Source of the DNA: Myxococcales bacterium
Lineage (GTDB): Bacteria > Myxococcota_A > Polyangia > Fen-1088
Direction of reading: 5' to 3'
Length of the DNA stretch: 54,554 bases
Assembly: GCA_003158735.1 (NCBI GenBank)
Contig: PMLB01000182.1
Location: 30,479 to 85,032 of the forward strand
Numbering within the stretch: the first letter of the stretch is position 1; every line of letters starts with the position of its first letter. Below the pieces are notes generated by a model. It searched no databases. It was not told the DNA's origin and worked only from the letters and a program-made list of their open reading frames with translations. Position numbers and translations under genes: made by a program. Shown here in pieces: positions 18,846 to 27,724 of this stretch.

Positions 18846-20024
18846 ATGGGACAGACTGCGAATACCTTGAAGCGAGTCCTGTTCGTGGACGACGATCCCA
18901 ACGTCCTCACTGGGCTTCGCAATGTTCTGCGCACCAAGCGCCACGAATGGGACATGGTCTTCGCCATTGGCCCGGACGAGGCGCTGGCCAAAGTAGCCGA
19001 AGGGCCTTTCGACGTCGTGGTCAGTGACATGCGCATGCCCCGCATGGATGGCGCGACTTTGCTTGCCAAGATCAAGCAGCTACAGCCTCGTGCCGTGCGT
19101 ATGATTCTTTCGGGCCAGACCGAGCTTGAGAGCGTGATGAAGTCTGTGTTCATCGCTCACATGTTTCTGTCCAAACCCTGCGATCCGGCCTTGTTGCAGC
19201 AGGTGGTCGATCGGGCGTGCCGCCTGCAGGCCATTCTGAACAGCGATGAATTGCGTGCCAGCGCCGGCAAGGTCGAAATGCTTCCGGCTGCGCCCAAAAC
19301 CTACGTCGCGCTCAATGAGGCGTTGATGGCGGCCAATTGCAGTGTCGCTGTTGTTGCCCGGATCATCGAGCACGACGTCGGCCTGTGCGCGAAGCTCCTG
19401 CAACTGGTGAACTCGGCCTTCTTCGGACTACCAAGAAGGATCTCCTCGTTGGGCGAGACCGTCACCTACCTCGGGATCGTGACCATCAAGAATCTCGCCC
19501 TGGCCCTCGAGACCTTCTCCACCGCAGCCGGAGGATCCGGGCTTTCGGAAGCGGCCCTGCTGGCCCTGCAGAACCACTCGCTTCTGACCGGGCAGATTGC
19601 GCGGCAAATTGAGGCAAAGGATCCCAAGAAGGCGGAAGAGGCCTTTCTGGCCGGCGTGCTGCACGAGGTGGGCTGGTTGGTGAAGGTCAAGGATCCGCCT
19701 CCTGTCAAGCCCGTTGATCGCACACTTCTGGGCGCCTATCTCCTTGGCCTGTGGGGATTGCCCCACCCCATTATGGAGGCCGTCGCCTACCACAAGGAGC
19801 CGCGCCTGCTTGCCCATTCCACGGCGGAGTTGGTGGACATCATCTACGTCGCTGACCACCTGGCCTACGAAATGGGAGGCAGCCAGACGGCCGAGCAGAA
19901 GCTGGATCTCGCCTATCTCGCCGGCATCGGCATCGACGAAGCCCAGCTTTCAGGAATGCGCGCAGTGGCGACGGCGGTTGCCAAGACGACAATGGACGAT
20001 GCCAGCGAGGACCGACATGCCTGA
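18846..20024 (+). CDS. Response regulator with HDOD output domain (REC-HDOD)
   Basis: RpfG-style receiver (VLFVDDDPNVL...VVSDMRMPRMDG...LSKPC). The HDOD-like region is IIEHDVGLCAKLLQLVNSAFFGLPRRISSLGETVTYLGIVTIKNLALAL...AGVLHEVG. Confidence 0.8.
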   Translation: MGQTANTLKRVLFVDDDPNVLTGLRNVLRTKRHEWDMVFAIGPDEALAKVAEGPFDVVVSDMRMPRMDGATLLAKIKQLQPRAVRMILSGQTELESVMKSVFIAHMFLSKPCDPALLQQVVDRACRLQAILNSDELRASAGKVEMLPAAPKTYVALNEALMAANCSVAVVARIIEHDVGLCAKLLQLVNSAFFGLPRRISSLGETVTYLGIVTIKNLALALETFSTAAGGSGLSEAALLALQNHSLLTGQIARQIEAKDPKKAEEAFLAGVLHEVGWLVKVKDPPPVKPVDRTLLGAYLLGLWGLPHPIMEAVAYHKEPRLLAHSTAELVDIIYVADHLAYEMGGSQTAEQKLDLAYLAGIGIDEAQLSGMRAVATAVAKTTMDDASEDRHA

Positions 20025-21198
20025 GCAAACCCATATCCTGTGTGTTGACGATGAGCCCAGAGTGCTGGAAGGACTGGTGTTGAACCTGCGCCGGTACTAT
20101 CGGGTTTCGACCGCGATCAATGGCCAGAAGGGATTGGCCATCATCGACGGAGACGATCCGCCTGCTGTGGTGGTGTCGGACATGCGCATGCCGGAGATGG
20201 ATGGCGCGGCTTTCTTGAGCCAAGTCAAGCAGCGTTCGCCCGACACCGTGCGGATCTTGCTCACCGGACAGGCCGACCTCGACTCCGCGATCGCGGCGGT
20301 CAACCACGGGCAGGTCTTTCGATTTCTGACCAAGCCCTGCGGTCCCCAGATCTTTCTTTCCGCCATTCAGGCCGGAGTTGACCAACATCGGCTGATCACC
20401 GCCGAGAGAGAGTTGCTGGAAAAGACCCTGCGCGGAAGCATCAAGGCGCTCACCGAGATTCTATCTCTCACCAACCCGCTTGCCTTTGGGCGGGCGATGC
20501 GCCTCAAGGGCCAGGCGTCGGATCTGGTGGCTGGTCTCGGCGTGCCGCTCACCTGGCAGATCGAGGTGGCGGTCATGCTGTCGCAGATCGGCTGCGTCAC
20601 CCTTCCGGCCGCAACCAATGAAAAGCTGTACTACGGCAAGCCGCTCAATGCCGAGGAAACTGAGCTGACCCAACGTCTACCGGCCTTGTCTCTCCAGCTT
20701 CTGGAAAGCATTCCGCGGCTTGAGGCGGTGCGGGCCATCTTGCAGGCGCAGGACCAGAATTTCGACGGCTCGGGCGCGGCACACAGTGCTGTGCAGGGCG
20801 AGTCGATCCCTTTGGGCGCTCGCATTCTCAGGCTCGTCCTCGACTATGACACGCTTGAGGCGGCAGGCAGCGATCCCGCTCTCGCCATCGGTACCTTGCA
20901 GGGCCGAAAAGGCCGCTACGATCCAAAACTGCTAGAAGTCTTGGCGCGCCTGAAGAGCAAGACGGTCACGCAGGGGCTGAGTGAGGTCGGACTGGCGGCG
21001 GTGCGGCCTGGGATGTTCTTGGTCCAGGACGTGATGTCGACCACGGGCCTGCTGCTGGTGGCTCGTGGCCACGAAGTGACGCAAGGGCTTTTGTACCGTC
21101 TTCGCAATATGGCTTCGGGCAGCATACGGGAGCCGCTGGTGGTCTTTGCTCCCGCGGAACCAAAGAGAAGCACGCTGATAGGGCGAAGCGCAGTGTGA
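20017..21198 (+). CDS. Response regulator with degenerate HD-GYP-like domain (REC-HD-GYP*)
   Basis: The ATG at 20017 overlaps the upstream stop by 8 nt (ATGCCTGA). The listed longer ORF from 19714 is an out-of-context extension. Receiver: ILCVDDEPRVL...VVSDMRMPEMDG...ILLTGQADL...FRFLTKPC. The output domain aligns by eye with HD-GYP but the catalytic motifs are replaced (see findings). Confidence 0.75.
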   Translation: MPEQTHILCVDDEPRVLEGLVLNLRRYYRVSTAINGQKGLAIIDGDDPPAVVVSDMRMPEMDGAAFLSQVKQRSPDTVRILLTGQADLDSAIAAVNHGQVFRFLTKPCGPQIFLSAIQAGVDQHRLITAERELLEKTLRGSIKALTEILSLTNPLAFGRAMRLKGQASDLVAGLGVPLTWQIEVAVMLSQIGCVTLPAATNEKLYYGKPLNAEETELTQRLPALSLQLLESIPRLEAVRAILQAQDQNFDGSGAAHSAVQGESIPLGARILRLVLDYDTLEAAGSDPALAIGTLQGRKGRYDPKLLEVLARLKSKTVTQGLSEVGLAAVRPGMFLVQDVMSTTGLLLVARGHEVTQGLLYRLRNMASGSIREPLVVFAPAEPKRSTLIGRSAV

Positions 21199-21226
21199 AG
21201 ATCGTGGCGATTTCGGAAAGCTAGCG

Positions 21227-22630
21227 ATGCTTCATCGGTTGCTCCAACCGCAATTGCGTCAACTTGGGCTAGACGAAGAAACGCCGCCAAGCAAAGAAGC
21301 TTGGCAGGCGCTGCTCGATCAGATTGGCCGTGCCTACCAGGCCATCGAACGCGAGCGGGACCTGGCTGAGGACTCGGCCAAACTCGCATCGCGCGAGGTT
21401 CAGGAACTGAACACAAAGCTGTCCCGGGAACACGAGAAGTTTACAAGTGTTCTGCGGGCTACACCGGTCGGACTGGCCATCGCTGACTGGGAAGGCCGCT
21501 TCTTTGAGAGCAATAGGGCGCTCGAAGACATCATCGGGTTCTCGGCGCAGGAAACACTTGCCAAGTTTCTTTGGGAGTTCATGCCAGCCGAGGAAGTGGC
21601 AGCCACCCAGGGAGTGTGCAAGGAATTGATCTCGAGAAGGCTGTCGACAAATCGGGAACAGCGTCGGCTGATCGCCAAGGATGGACATGTTGTGCATGCC
21701 GACGTTGGGCTGACGGCGGTTCGGGACGATGAAGGAAGAGCGGCGTTCCTGATCGCAAGCTTCGTGGATGTCACCGCGCAAAACCAACTCGAAGTTGAAC
21801 TGCGCCATTCCCAGAAACTGGAGTCTATCGGCCAGCTGGCGGCTGGGATCGCACACGAGATCAATACGCCGATTCAGTTTATCGGGGACAACGTCAATTT
21901 TCTATCGGGCGCATTCGAACAACTCATCGCGCTGTGTGACAGCTACCGAACAGCATGCGCAAAGGCGGCCAGCGCCCCCCTGTCCGCAGAAGACCTCGCA
22001 GGGTTGAAGCGGGAGGAAGAAACGGCCGACCTCGAGTATATCCGGACGAATGTTGTCACCTCAATTGCCTCGACCCTGGACGGCGTCGGCCGGGTTGCGC
22101 GGATCGTGCAGTCCATGAAGGCTTTCTCCCATCCGGATCGCGGCGAGCGCGCCACGTCCGATCTGAACGCGGCATTGCGCGACACCCTGACAGTGGCCAC
22201 CAACGAGCTCAAGTACGTGGCCACGGTGGAGACGGATCTTGGAAAGATTCCGGCGATACCGTGCTTTGTGAGCGATCTCAACCAGGTCTTCCTGAACCTG
22301 CTGGTCAATGCCGCCCATGCCATTGGCGACGTGGTCGGCAAGACTGGACAGCGTGGTGTCATTCGGGTACGCACCTACCTGGAAGGAAGCGTGGTGGTCA
22401 TTGCCATCAGCGACACGGGCACCGGGATCCCCGAGGCCGTGCAAGGAAAGGTATTCGATCCGTTCTTCACCACCAAGGAGGTCGGCAAAGGCACAGGACA
22501 GGGGCTGACACTGGCACGCGCGGTGGTGGTCGACCGGCATGGTGGTTCGCTGACTTTCGAAACCGCGATGGGCAAGGGCACGACCTTCTTCGTTCGCATT
22601 CCGTTCGACTTTACTGAGGTCCAGGACTGA
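21227..22630 (+). CDS. Cytoplasmic PAS sensor histidine kinase, HEINTP-type core (fourth member of the family)
   Basis: Starts with an LLQPQLRQLGL linker-like motif, then a coiled coil and one PAS domain. H-box [18 protein letters not shown]. HATPase_c region: NLLVNAAHA, DTGTGIP, GTGQGLTLA. Confidence 0.85.
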   Translation: MLHRLLQPQLRQLGLDEETPPSKEAWQALLDQIGRAYQAIERERDLAEDSAKLASREVQELNTKLSREHEKFTSVLRATPVGLAIADWEGRFFESNRALEDIIGFSAQETLAKFLWEFMPAEEVAATQGVCKELISRRLSTNREQRRLIAKDGHVVHADVGLTAVRDDEGRAAFLIASFVDVTAQNQLEVELRHSQKLESIGQLAAGIAHEINTPIQFIGDNVNFLSGAFEQLIALCDSYRTACAKAASAPLSAEDLAGLKREEETADLEYIRTNVVTSIASTLDGVGRVARIVQSMKAFSHPDRGERATSDLNAALRDTLTVATNELKYVATVETDLGKIPAIPCFVSDLNQVFLNLLVNAAHAIGDVVGKTGQRGVIRVRTYLEGSVVVIAISDTGTGIPEAVQGKVFDPFFTTKEVGKGTGQGLTLARAVVVDRHGGSLTFETAMGKGTTFFVRIPFDFTEVQD

Positions 22631-22648
22631 AGACTCGGGGAGGCTCCA

Positions 22649-24955
22649 ATGGAGCGAGACTTGTATCGACACTTGTGGTCGGCTGCCGTACTAGCGGCAA
22701 GCATTCTGATCGCAGATGTAGCGGCGGCGAGGGGCGCGATTGCGGAGACGCCCAATGAAGCGGCGGCGGCCCCGGCCGAGGGGATGGCTGCGGCCAGCGT
22801 GCTACCTGCGGACGCCGGTGTGACTGATACGATTCCACCTGCCCCGGCCGGGGGGATGGCCACGCCCAATGCGCCATCTTCGGATGCCGGTGCGGCTGGC
22901 GCGATTGCGCCGGCCCCGGCGCAGGAAACGGCAGCTGCCACCGCGCCACCGGCAGGGGCGGCAACCGTGACCTCAGCCTCGCCCGAGGCGAGGAGTGCAT
23001 TCGATGACCTTTCGCTCTCGCAACTGCTCGACGTCAGCGTGGTATCGAGCAAACGTGCCGAATCGATCGCCGATGCCCCGTCATCGGTCACTGTCATCAC
23101 AGCGGACAAAATCGCCGCCTTCGGTTTGAGGACGCTCAATGACGTTCTTCAGTTGGTGCCCGGCTTTGACGTGCGTCGTTCCCGTCAGCAGCTCCAACTC
23201 ATAACCGTCCGCGGTGTCACCAGCGATCTCAACGAGCGCTTGCTCATCATGATCGATGGCGTGCGGCTCGGCAGTCTCAATGACGGTGGCACGGGCAAGA
23301 CAGTGCGGGCGATCAGCCTGATAGACGTGGAACGCATTGAGATCATCCGCGGTCCCGGCTCCGCGCTCTACGGCACCAATGCGTTTGTCGCCGTGGTCAG
23401 CGTTATTACCAAGAAGGGCTCGGAGACAGGCGGGGTACACGTCACCGGAGAGGCTGGATCCTATGCCACCAGGGCCGCGGACGTGACAGCCGGCCAGAAG
23501 TTCGGCGACTTCAACCTCAACGGTCACTTCGGCTACGCAGAAAGCCGGGGTGAGAACTTCTTCATCGCGCAGGACGGTGCCGGCGTGTCTGGCAACACAC
23601 GCGATCCCTACAAGGAGTTTGTAGGCAATCTCAAGCTCGGGTACAAGGACATGCTCCAACTGAACGTCAGCGGCGCCCATCAGGTGAACTCACAGTTCAT
23701 CACGGTTGGCGACGTCTTGGACCCGAACAGCAGTGAGAAGGCGACATGGTTGGTCACCAGCCTCGATTACCGCCAAGCCTTCAGCAAGGCTCTGAAATGG
23801 CAAACCCAGCTCAATTTCGCCTACATGGACTGGGGCCCCATCACCGCCTTGATCTGGCCTGCGGGAATGAAGCCTCCGTACCCCGATGGCATGTACGGGC
23901 ACCCCCATTCCAGGGACTTCCGCTATGGCCTCGACACCTACGTCAACTATGAGCCGATCCACGACCTGAGCCTCATTGCGGGTGCAGCGGCCGAACTCAT
24001 TACCACGGACGACGATGACCACGTTTCCAACGGTCCGGACGCCACGGGCGTACCCGCCACGAAGTTCTACAACAACCCAGGCCGCTACGTGCTGGCCGCC
24101 TATGCGCAGGGTGACTATAGATTCGTCAGAGGGCTGAAGCTCACCGCCGGCGTACGCCACGACCAATACAACGACTTCGGCGGAACCACCAATCCCAGGG
24201 TGGCCCTGGTGTACAACTACCAGGACAAGGTCTGGGCCAAGGCCCTGTTTGCGACGGCGTTCCGAGCGCCGACCTATCGCGAGCTGTGGTCCCAGAACAA
24301 CCCAGCGGTCAACGGCGACCCGAACAACAAGGCCGAGACCATCATGACCGAAGAGCTCGTGCTCGGCGTCGCTCCGTGGCGTCAGCTGACTGCGACGGTC
24401 AGCTTGTTCAACAGCAACGTCAAGAACATGATCTACGCAGCCCAAACAACCCCTGGCGTCATCCTGTACGAGAACAGGGGAACTCTCGCCGCTCGCGGCG
24501 TCGAGGCGGAGGCCAGATCGCAAGTTCTTCCGGGCTTGGAGCTCGCCGGCAACTACACGTATGTCTACGCTGAGAACACGGTTTTCGGTAACACCTACTC
24601 CGCGCCGATGGTCTCACGGCACTCTGCCAACTTCACCATTTCACGCGACCTTTACCATCACCTGCGCCTCTCCCTGCTCGGCGAGTACAGAAGCGCCAAG
24701 GCTCGCTACGTGGTGGCTGGTGACCCCAAGTCCGACCCGCGCGCGCCCGTTGGCGAGGTGTTCTTGATCGGTGCGTTCGCAAAGATCTACGATATCGCCG
24801 AAGGCGTGGCAGGTTATGTCAGGGTGTCGAACATCCTGGACGCCCAGTACCAGACGCCGTCCACTTATCCGGCCAAGGTCCCCGGCGTCATCCCCGACGA
24901 CATTCACAACCGCGGCTTCGAGGTCCAAGTCGGACTTACCTACAGCTTCCGGTAG
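22649..24955 (+). CDS. TonB-dependent outer-membrane receptor 1
   Basis: Signal peptide, then a ~100-aa Ala/Pro-rich linker. The plug follows (LSLSQLLDVSVVSSKRAESIADAPSSVTVITADKI...LNDVLQLVPGF...VRGV...IEIIRGPGSALYG). A long beta-barrel ends ..VGLTYSFR. It starts only 18 nt after the kinase stop. Confidence 0.88.
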   Translation: MERDLYRHLWSAAVLAASILIADVAAARGAIAETPNEAAAAPAEGMAAASVLPADAGVTDTIPPAPAGGMATPNAPSSDAGAAGAIAPAPAQETAAATAPPAGAATVTSASPEARSAFDDLSLSQLLDVSVVSSKRAESIADAPSSVTVITADKIAAFGLRTLNDVLQLVPGFDVRRSRQQLQLITVRGVTSDLNERLLIMIDGVRLGSLNDGGTGKTVRAISLIDVERIEIIRGPGSALYGTNAFVAVVSVITKKGSETGGVHVTGEAGSYATRAADVTAGQKFGDFNLNGHFGYAESRGENFFIAQDGAGVSGNTRDPYKEFVGNLKLGYKDMLQLNVSGAHQVNSQFITVGDVLDPNSSEKATWLVTSLDYRQAFSKALKWQTQLNFAYMDWGPITALIWPAGMKPPYPDGMYGHPHSRDFRYGLDTYVNYEPIHDLSLIAGAAAELITTDDDDHVSNGPDATGVPATKFYNNPGRYVLAAYAQGDYRFVRGLKLTAGVRHDQYNDFGGTTNPRVALVYNYQDKVWAKALFATAFRAPTYRELWSQNNPAVNGDPNNKAETIMTEELVLGVAPWRQLTATVSLFNSNVKNMIYAAQTTPGVILYENRGTLAARGVEAEARSQVLPGLELAGNYTYVYAENTVFGNTYSAPMVSRHSANFTISRDLYHHLRLSLLGEYRSAKARYVVAGDPKSDPRAPVGEVFLIGAFAKIYDIAEGVAGYVRVSNILDAQYQTPSTYPAKVPGVIPDDIHNRGFEVQVGLTYSFR

Positions 24956-25100
24956 AGATTCAGGACGCTCAAGTATCGACTTCACTCGGACCCGTACGAC
25001 AGCGGAGTATCGAGCTTTCCCTAATGTTTCACCCGGGTTTGGCCGATGCCTAGGTCTATGCGTGCGCAGAGTCTTGACGGACCTGACCGCCGCGTCGGGC

Positions 25101-25472
25101 ATGGGACCTTCGTTGCTCGACGCCTCGATGTATGACGCCACCGTCGCGCTTGCGCTGGCTGCCCTCAAGGCGTCGGTGGGCCTGAGCGACCCGAGCACGG
25201 TGACCGGCGCGCAGGTTCAACAGGCGCTTAGCCAAATCAACGACCCGAATGGAACGATAGTGCGCACGGGTACCGAGGCATTCAAGCAGGCGATTCCCCT
25301 GATCTCGGCGGGCGCCGCCATCAACTACGACGGAGCTTCCGGCCCGGTCGATTTCGATTCCAGCGGCAACATCTTCCAGAACCTCAGCCTATACCAGGGG
25401 CAGGCCGGCGCCTTTGTCGATGTTCAGAAATTCGACTGCGTCACCAGCCCCAGTTGCCTGGCTTTGCCGTAG
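25101..25472 (+). pseudogene. Remnant: C-terminal ~120 aa of a type-I (LivK/Peripla_BP_6-like) periplasmic solute-binding protein
   Basis: SLLDASMYDATVALALAALKA...VTGAQVQQALSQINDPNGTIVRTGTEAFKQAIPLISAGAAINYDGASGPVDFDSSGNI resembles the C-terminal lobe of Leu/Ile/Val-type binding proteins. There is no signal peptide or N-terminal lobe, and upstream in-frame sequence is non-protein-like. GC3-rich codon usage is retained. Confidence 0.5.
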
Positions 25473-25537
25473 CGGGCAGCTTTCTCGCAACGATCGGGCC
25501 TCCACCCTACTGCAGGAGACGATAGCGGGAGCAGAGC

Positions 25538-27724
25538 ATGAAAAACCACAGGACACGCTGGATCGCGATGGCTTCGATCTGTTGCTTTCTTCCCGTGTCC
25601 GCGTTTGCTCAGGAAGGCCCACCGGCCGCAAACTCGTCGCCGCAGGATCTCGAGAATCTGAGTCTGGAGGACTTGTTCAACGTCGTGGTGGTGACCGCCA
25701 GCGCCGGAGTCAAGGAGAGCAGCACGATGGCTCCGGCCAACGTGCAGTCGATCAGCGCGGACGAAATCGCTTTGCACGGATGGCGCTCGCTTTCCGAGGT
25801 GCTGTCCAACGTCCTCGGCCTGTACGTCATCGGCGACTTGGTCCAGCCATCGGTCGGCGTGCGCGGGGTGACGGGCGGCTACGGTGCGGGAACCCGCATC
25901 CTCAAGATCATGATCGACGGGACCGAGGTGACCTTCCGCCCCAGCTTGTCGGCGGCCATTGGTCCCGAGTACATTTCCATGGAGGCAGTCGATCACATTG
26001 AGGTGGCGAAAGGACCGCTGTCCGCGCTGTACGGCGCCAATGCGTTCTTGGCAACTGTCAATGTCATCACGCGCGACGCCTCGCGCGGGCTCTCGGCCAG
26101 TGCAGCGTTGCGCGGCGTAGTTCAGCAGGAGGCGCTGGGAGGCGGCCTTTCCGGCATGGTCAGCTATTCCAATCAGCGTCATAGCGCCCTGGTCGCGGTG
26201 AGCGCGGACCGAATAGACCGATCCGGGCTTTCCATCCGGCCGACCTTCAGCCAGAACCCGTCCCTGCCCCGCTACTCGGTGCTGTTTGGCCGCGAGAGCA
26301 GCAACGATCTTGCGCGTCCCATCGGGGTCTTCGCCAAGTATTCCTACACGGCCCCTTCGCTGGGCACGCTCTTCACCGAGGGTGGCCTGCAACAGAGCGA
26401 TGCCTACGGCGAGTTCCAGCCGAACTCGGTGTTCACCGGCCGCAGCCGATACCAGCTGCGCAACTACTGGTGGGCAGGCCGCTTCGACCACGCCTGGAAC
26501 TCGGCGATCGACTCCTCCCTGCATGCAGGCCTGTCCAGCGGCGCACCGACCAACAATGAGCAACTCTTTCTCACCGGCGCGAATGATAGCTACTACACCA
26601 GGAGGTTTTCCTATCTTGCCGGCGACGCCGCGCTTTCGCTCAATGCCAGGCTGGGCAAGAGGGTTATGATCACCGCAGGGGGCGACTTCAACTGCGAGCA
26701 CGATCACGTGCTGTATTTCGGCCAGACCTACCTAGCCAAGGTCGGAGCAATCCAGGCCGGAATTACCCTGGACCAGACGCAGCCGGGGGACCGGACCCAG
26801 GTCGATCTGCGAAACCTGGGCGCCCGCGTGCAGCTCACCGCCAATCCGCTCTCAGATCCCGAGAGGCTCAAGCTGTCGGGCAATTTTCGCCTGGATTTCC
26901 CCAATCTCTTCCCCACGCAGTATAGCTGGCGCGCTGCCGCGGCGTATCGCTGGACCTCCAGCCTGGTGAGCAAGCTGATTGTCGGTCGGGCGTTTCAGGC
27001 GCCGTCAGCTGTGCTGATGTTTGCCATTCCGGGCTTCGGAGCGGCCGCGAATATTGTTGGGAGCCAGAGGATGAGCAACGTGGCGCCGCTGGTGCCGCAG
27101 ACCATCCAGAGCGCGGAATTGGTCACGAGCTACGGCCTTGGCAAGCGAGCAGCGATCGAGCTGGCGATCTTTGTGCAGCAAGTGGACAGCGAGATCGAGT
27201 TCGTTCAGCTCAGCGGGAACTTCGTGCCCGTCAACCGGGGCCAGCAGCGGGGAATCGGCTTGGAAGCGAGCTTCCGCTCGCACCTTGGCATTGCCTCGCC
27301 CTACCTGCAGGGCGCGCTGAGCTGGACGACACTTGAGGATCCGGCAAGTCCGGCTCAGGGGCACCTGTCGCTGACGCCGCCGGCGCTCTACCCGGCAGTG
27401 AGCGGGACTGGGGGAATGAACCTGGACCTGTCGAAGTACTTCTTGCGCGGCAACGCGCAAGTGAGAGTGGTCGGCGCGCGCAGCGCTTCGCAAAGCAACA
27501 TCTTGCTCAACAGCAACAGTAGATATGAGCTGGCCCCCTACGCGATGATCGACGCTGCGCTGTCGAGCGCTGGTCTGTACCTGTTGGGTGCAAAGCGGGA
27601 GACCAGGTTCACGCTCTCGCTGCGCAATCTCCTGGGAACGCTGGTATCGGATCCCGGCTTCGTCGGATTCGATATTCCGCTGCCGGGCAGGACCGTGCTG
27701 CTCGAGATTCGCCAGTCCCTGTAA
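25538..27724 (+). CDS. TonB-dependent outer-membrane receptor 2
   Basis: Signal peptide (ASICCFLPVSAFAQE), then LENLSLEDLFNVVVVTASAGVKESSTMAPANVQSISADEI...LSEVLSNVLGLYV...VRGV...IEVAKGPLSALYG, then a barrel. Confidence 0.85.
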   Translation: MKNHRTRWIAMASICCFLPVSAFAQEGPPAANSSPQDLENLSLEDLFNVVVVTASAGVKESSTMAPANVQSISADEIALHGWRSLSEVLSNVLGLYVIGDLVQPSVGVRGVTGGYGAGTRILKIMIDGTEVTFRPSLSAAIGPEYISMEAVDHIEVAKGPLSALYGANAFLATVNVITRDASRGLSASAALRGVVQQEALGGGLSGMVSYSNQRHSALVAVSADRIDRSGLSIRPTFSQNPSLPRYSVLFGRESSNDLARPIGVFAKYSYTAPSLGTLFTEGGLQQSDAYGEFQPNSVFTGRSRYQLRNYWWAGRFDHAWNSAIDSSLHAGLSSGAPTNNEQLFLTGANDSYYTRRFSYLAGDAALSLNARLGKRVMITAGGDFNCEHDHVLYFGQTYLAKVGAIQAGITLDQTQPGDRTQVDLRNLGARVQLTANPLSDPERLKLSGNFRLDFPNLFPTQYSWRAAAAYRWTSSLVSKLIVGRAFQAPSAVLMFAIPGFGAAANIVGSQRMSNVAPLVPQTIQSAELVTSYGLGKRAAIELAIFVQQVDSEIEFVQLSGNFVPVNRGQQRGIGLEASFRSHLGIASPYLQGALSWTTLEDPASPAQGHLSLTPPALYPAVSGTGGMNLDLSKYFLRGNAQVRVVGARSASQSNILLNSNSRYELAPYAMIDAALSSAGLYLLGAKRETRFTLSLRNLLGTLVSDPGFVGFDIPLPGRTVLLEIRQSL

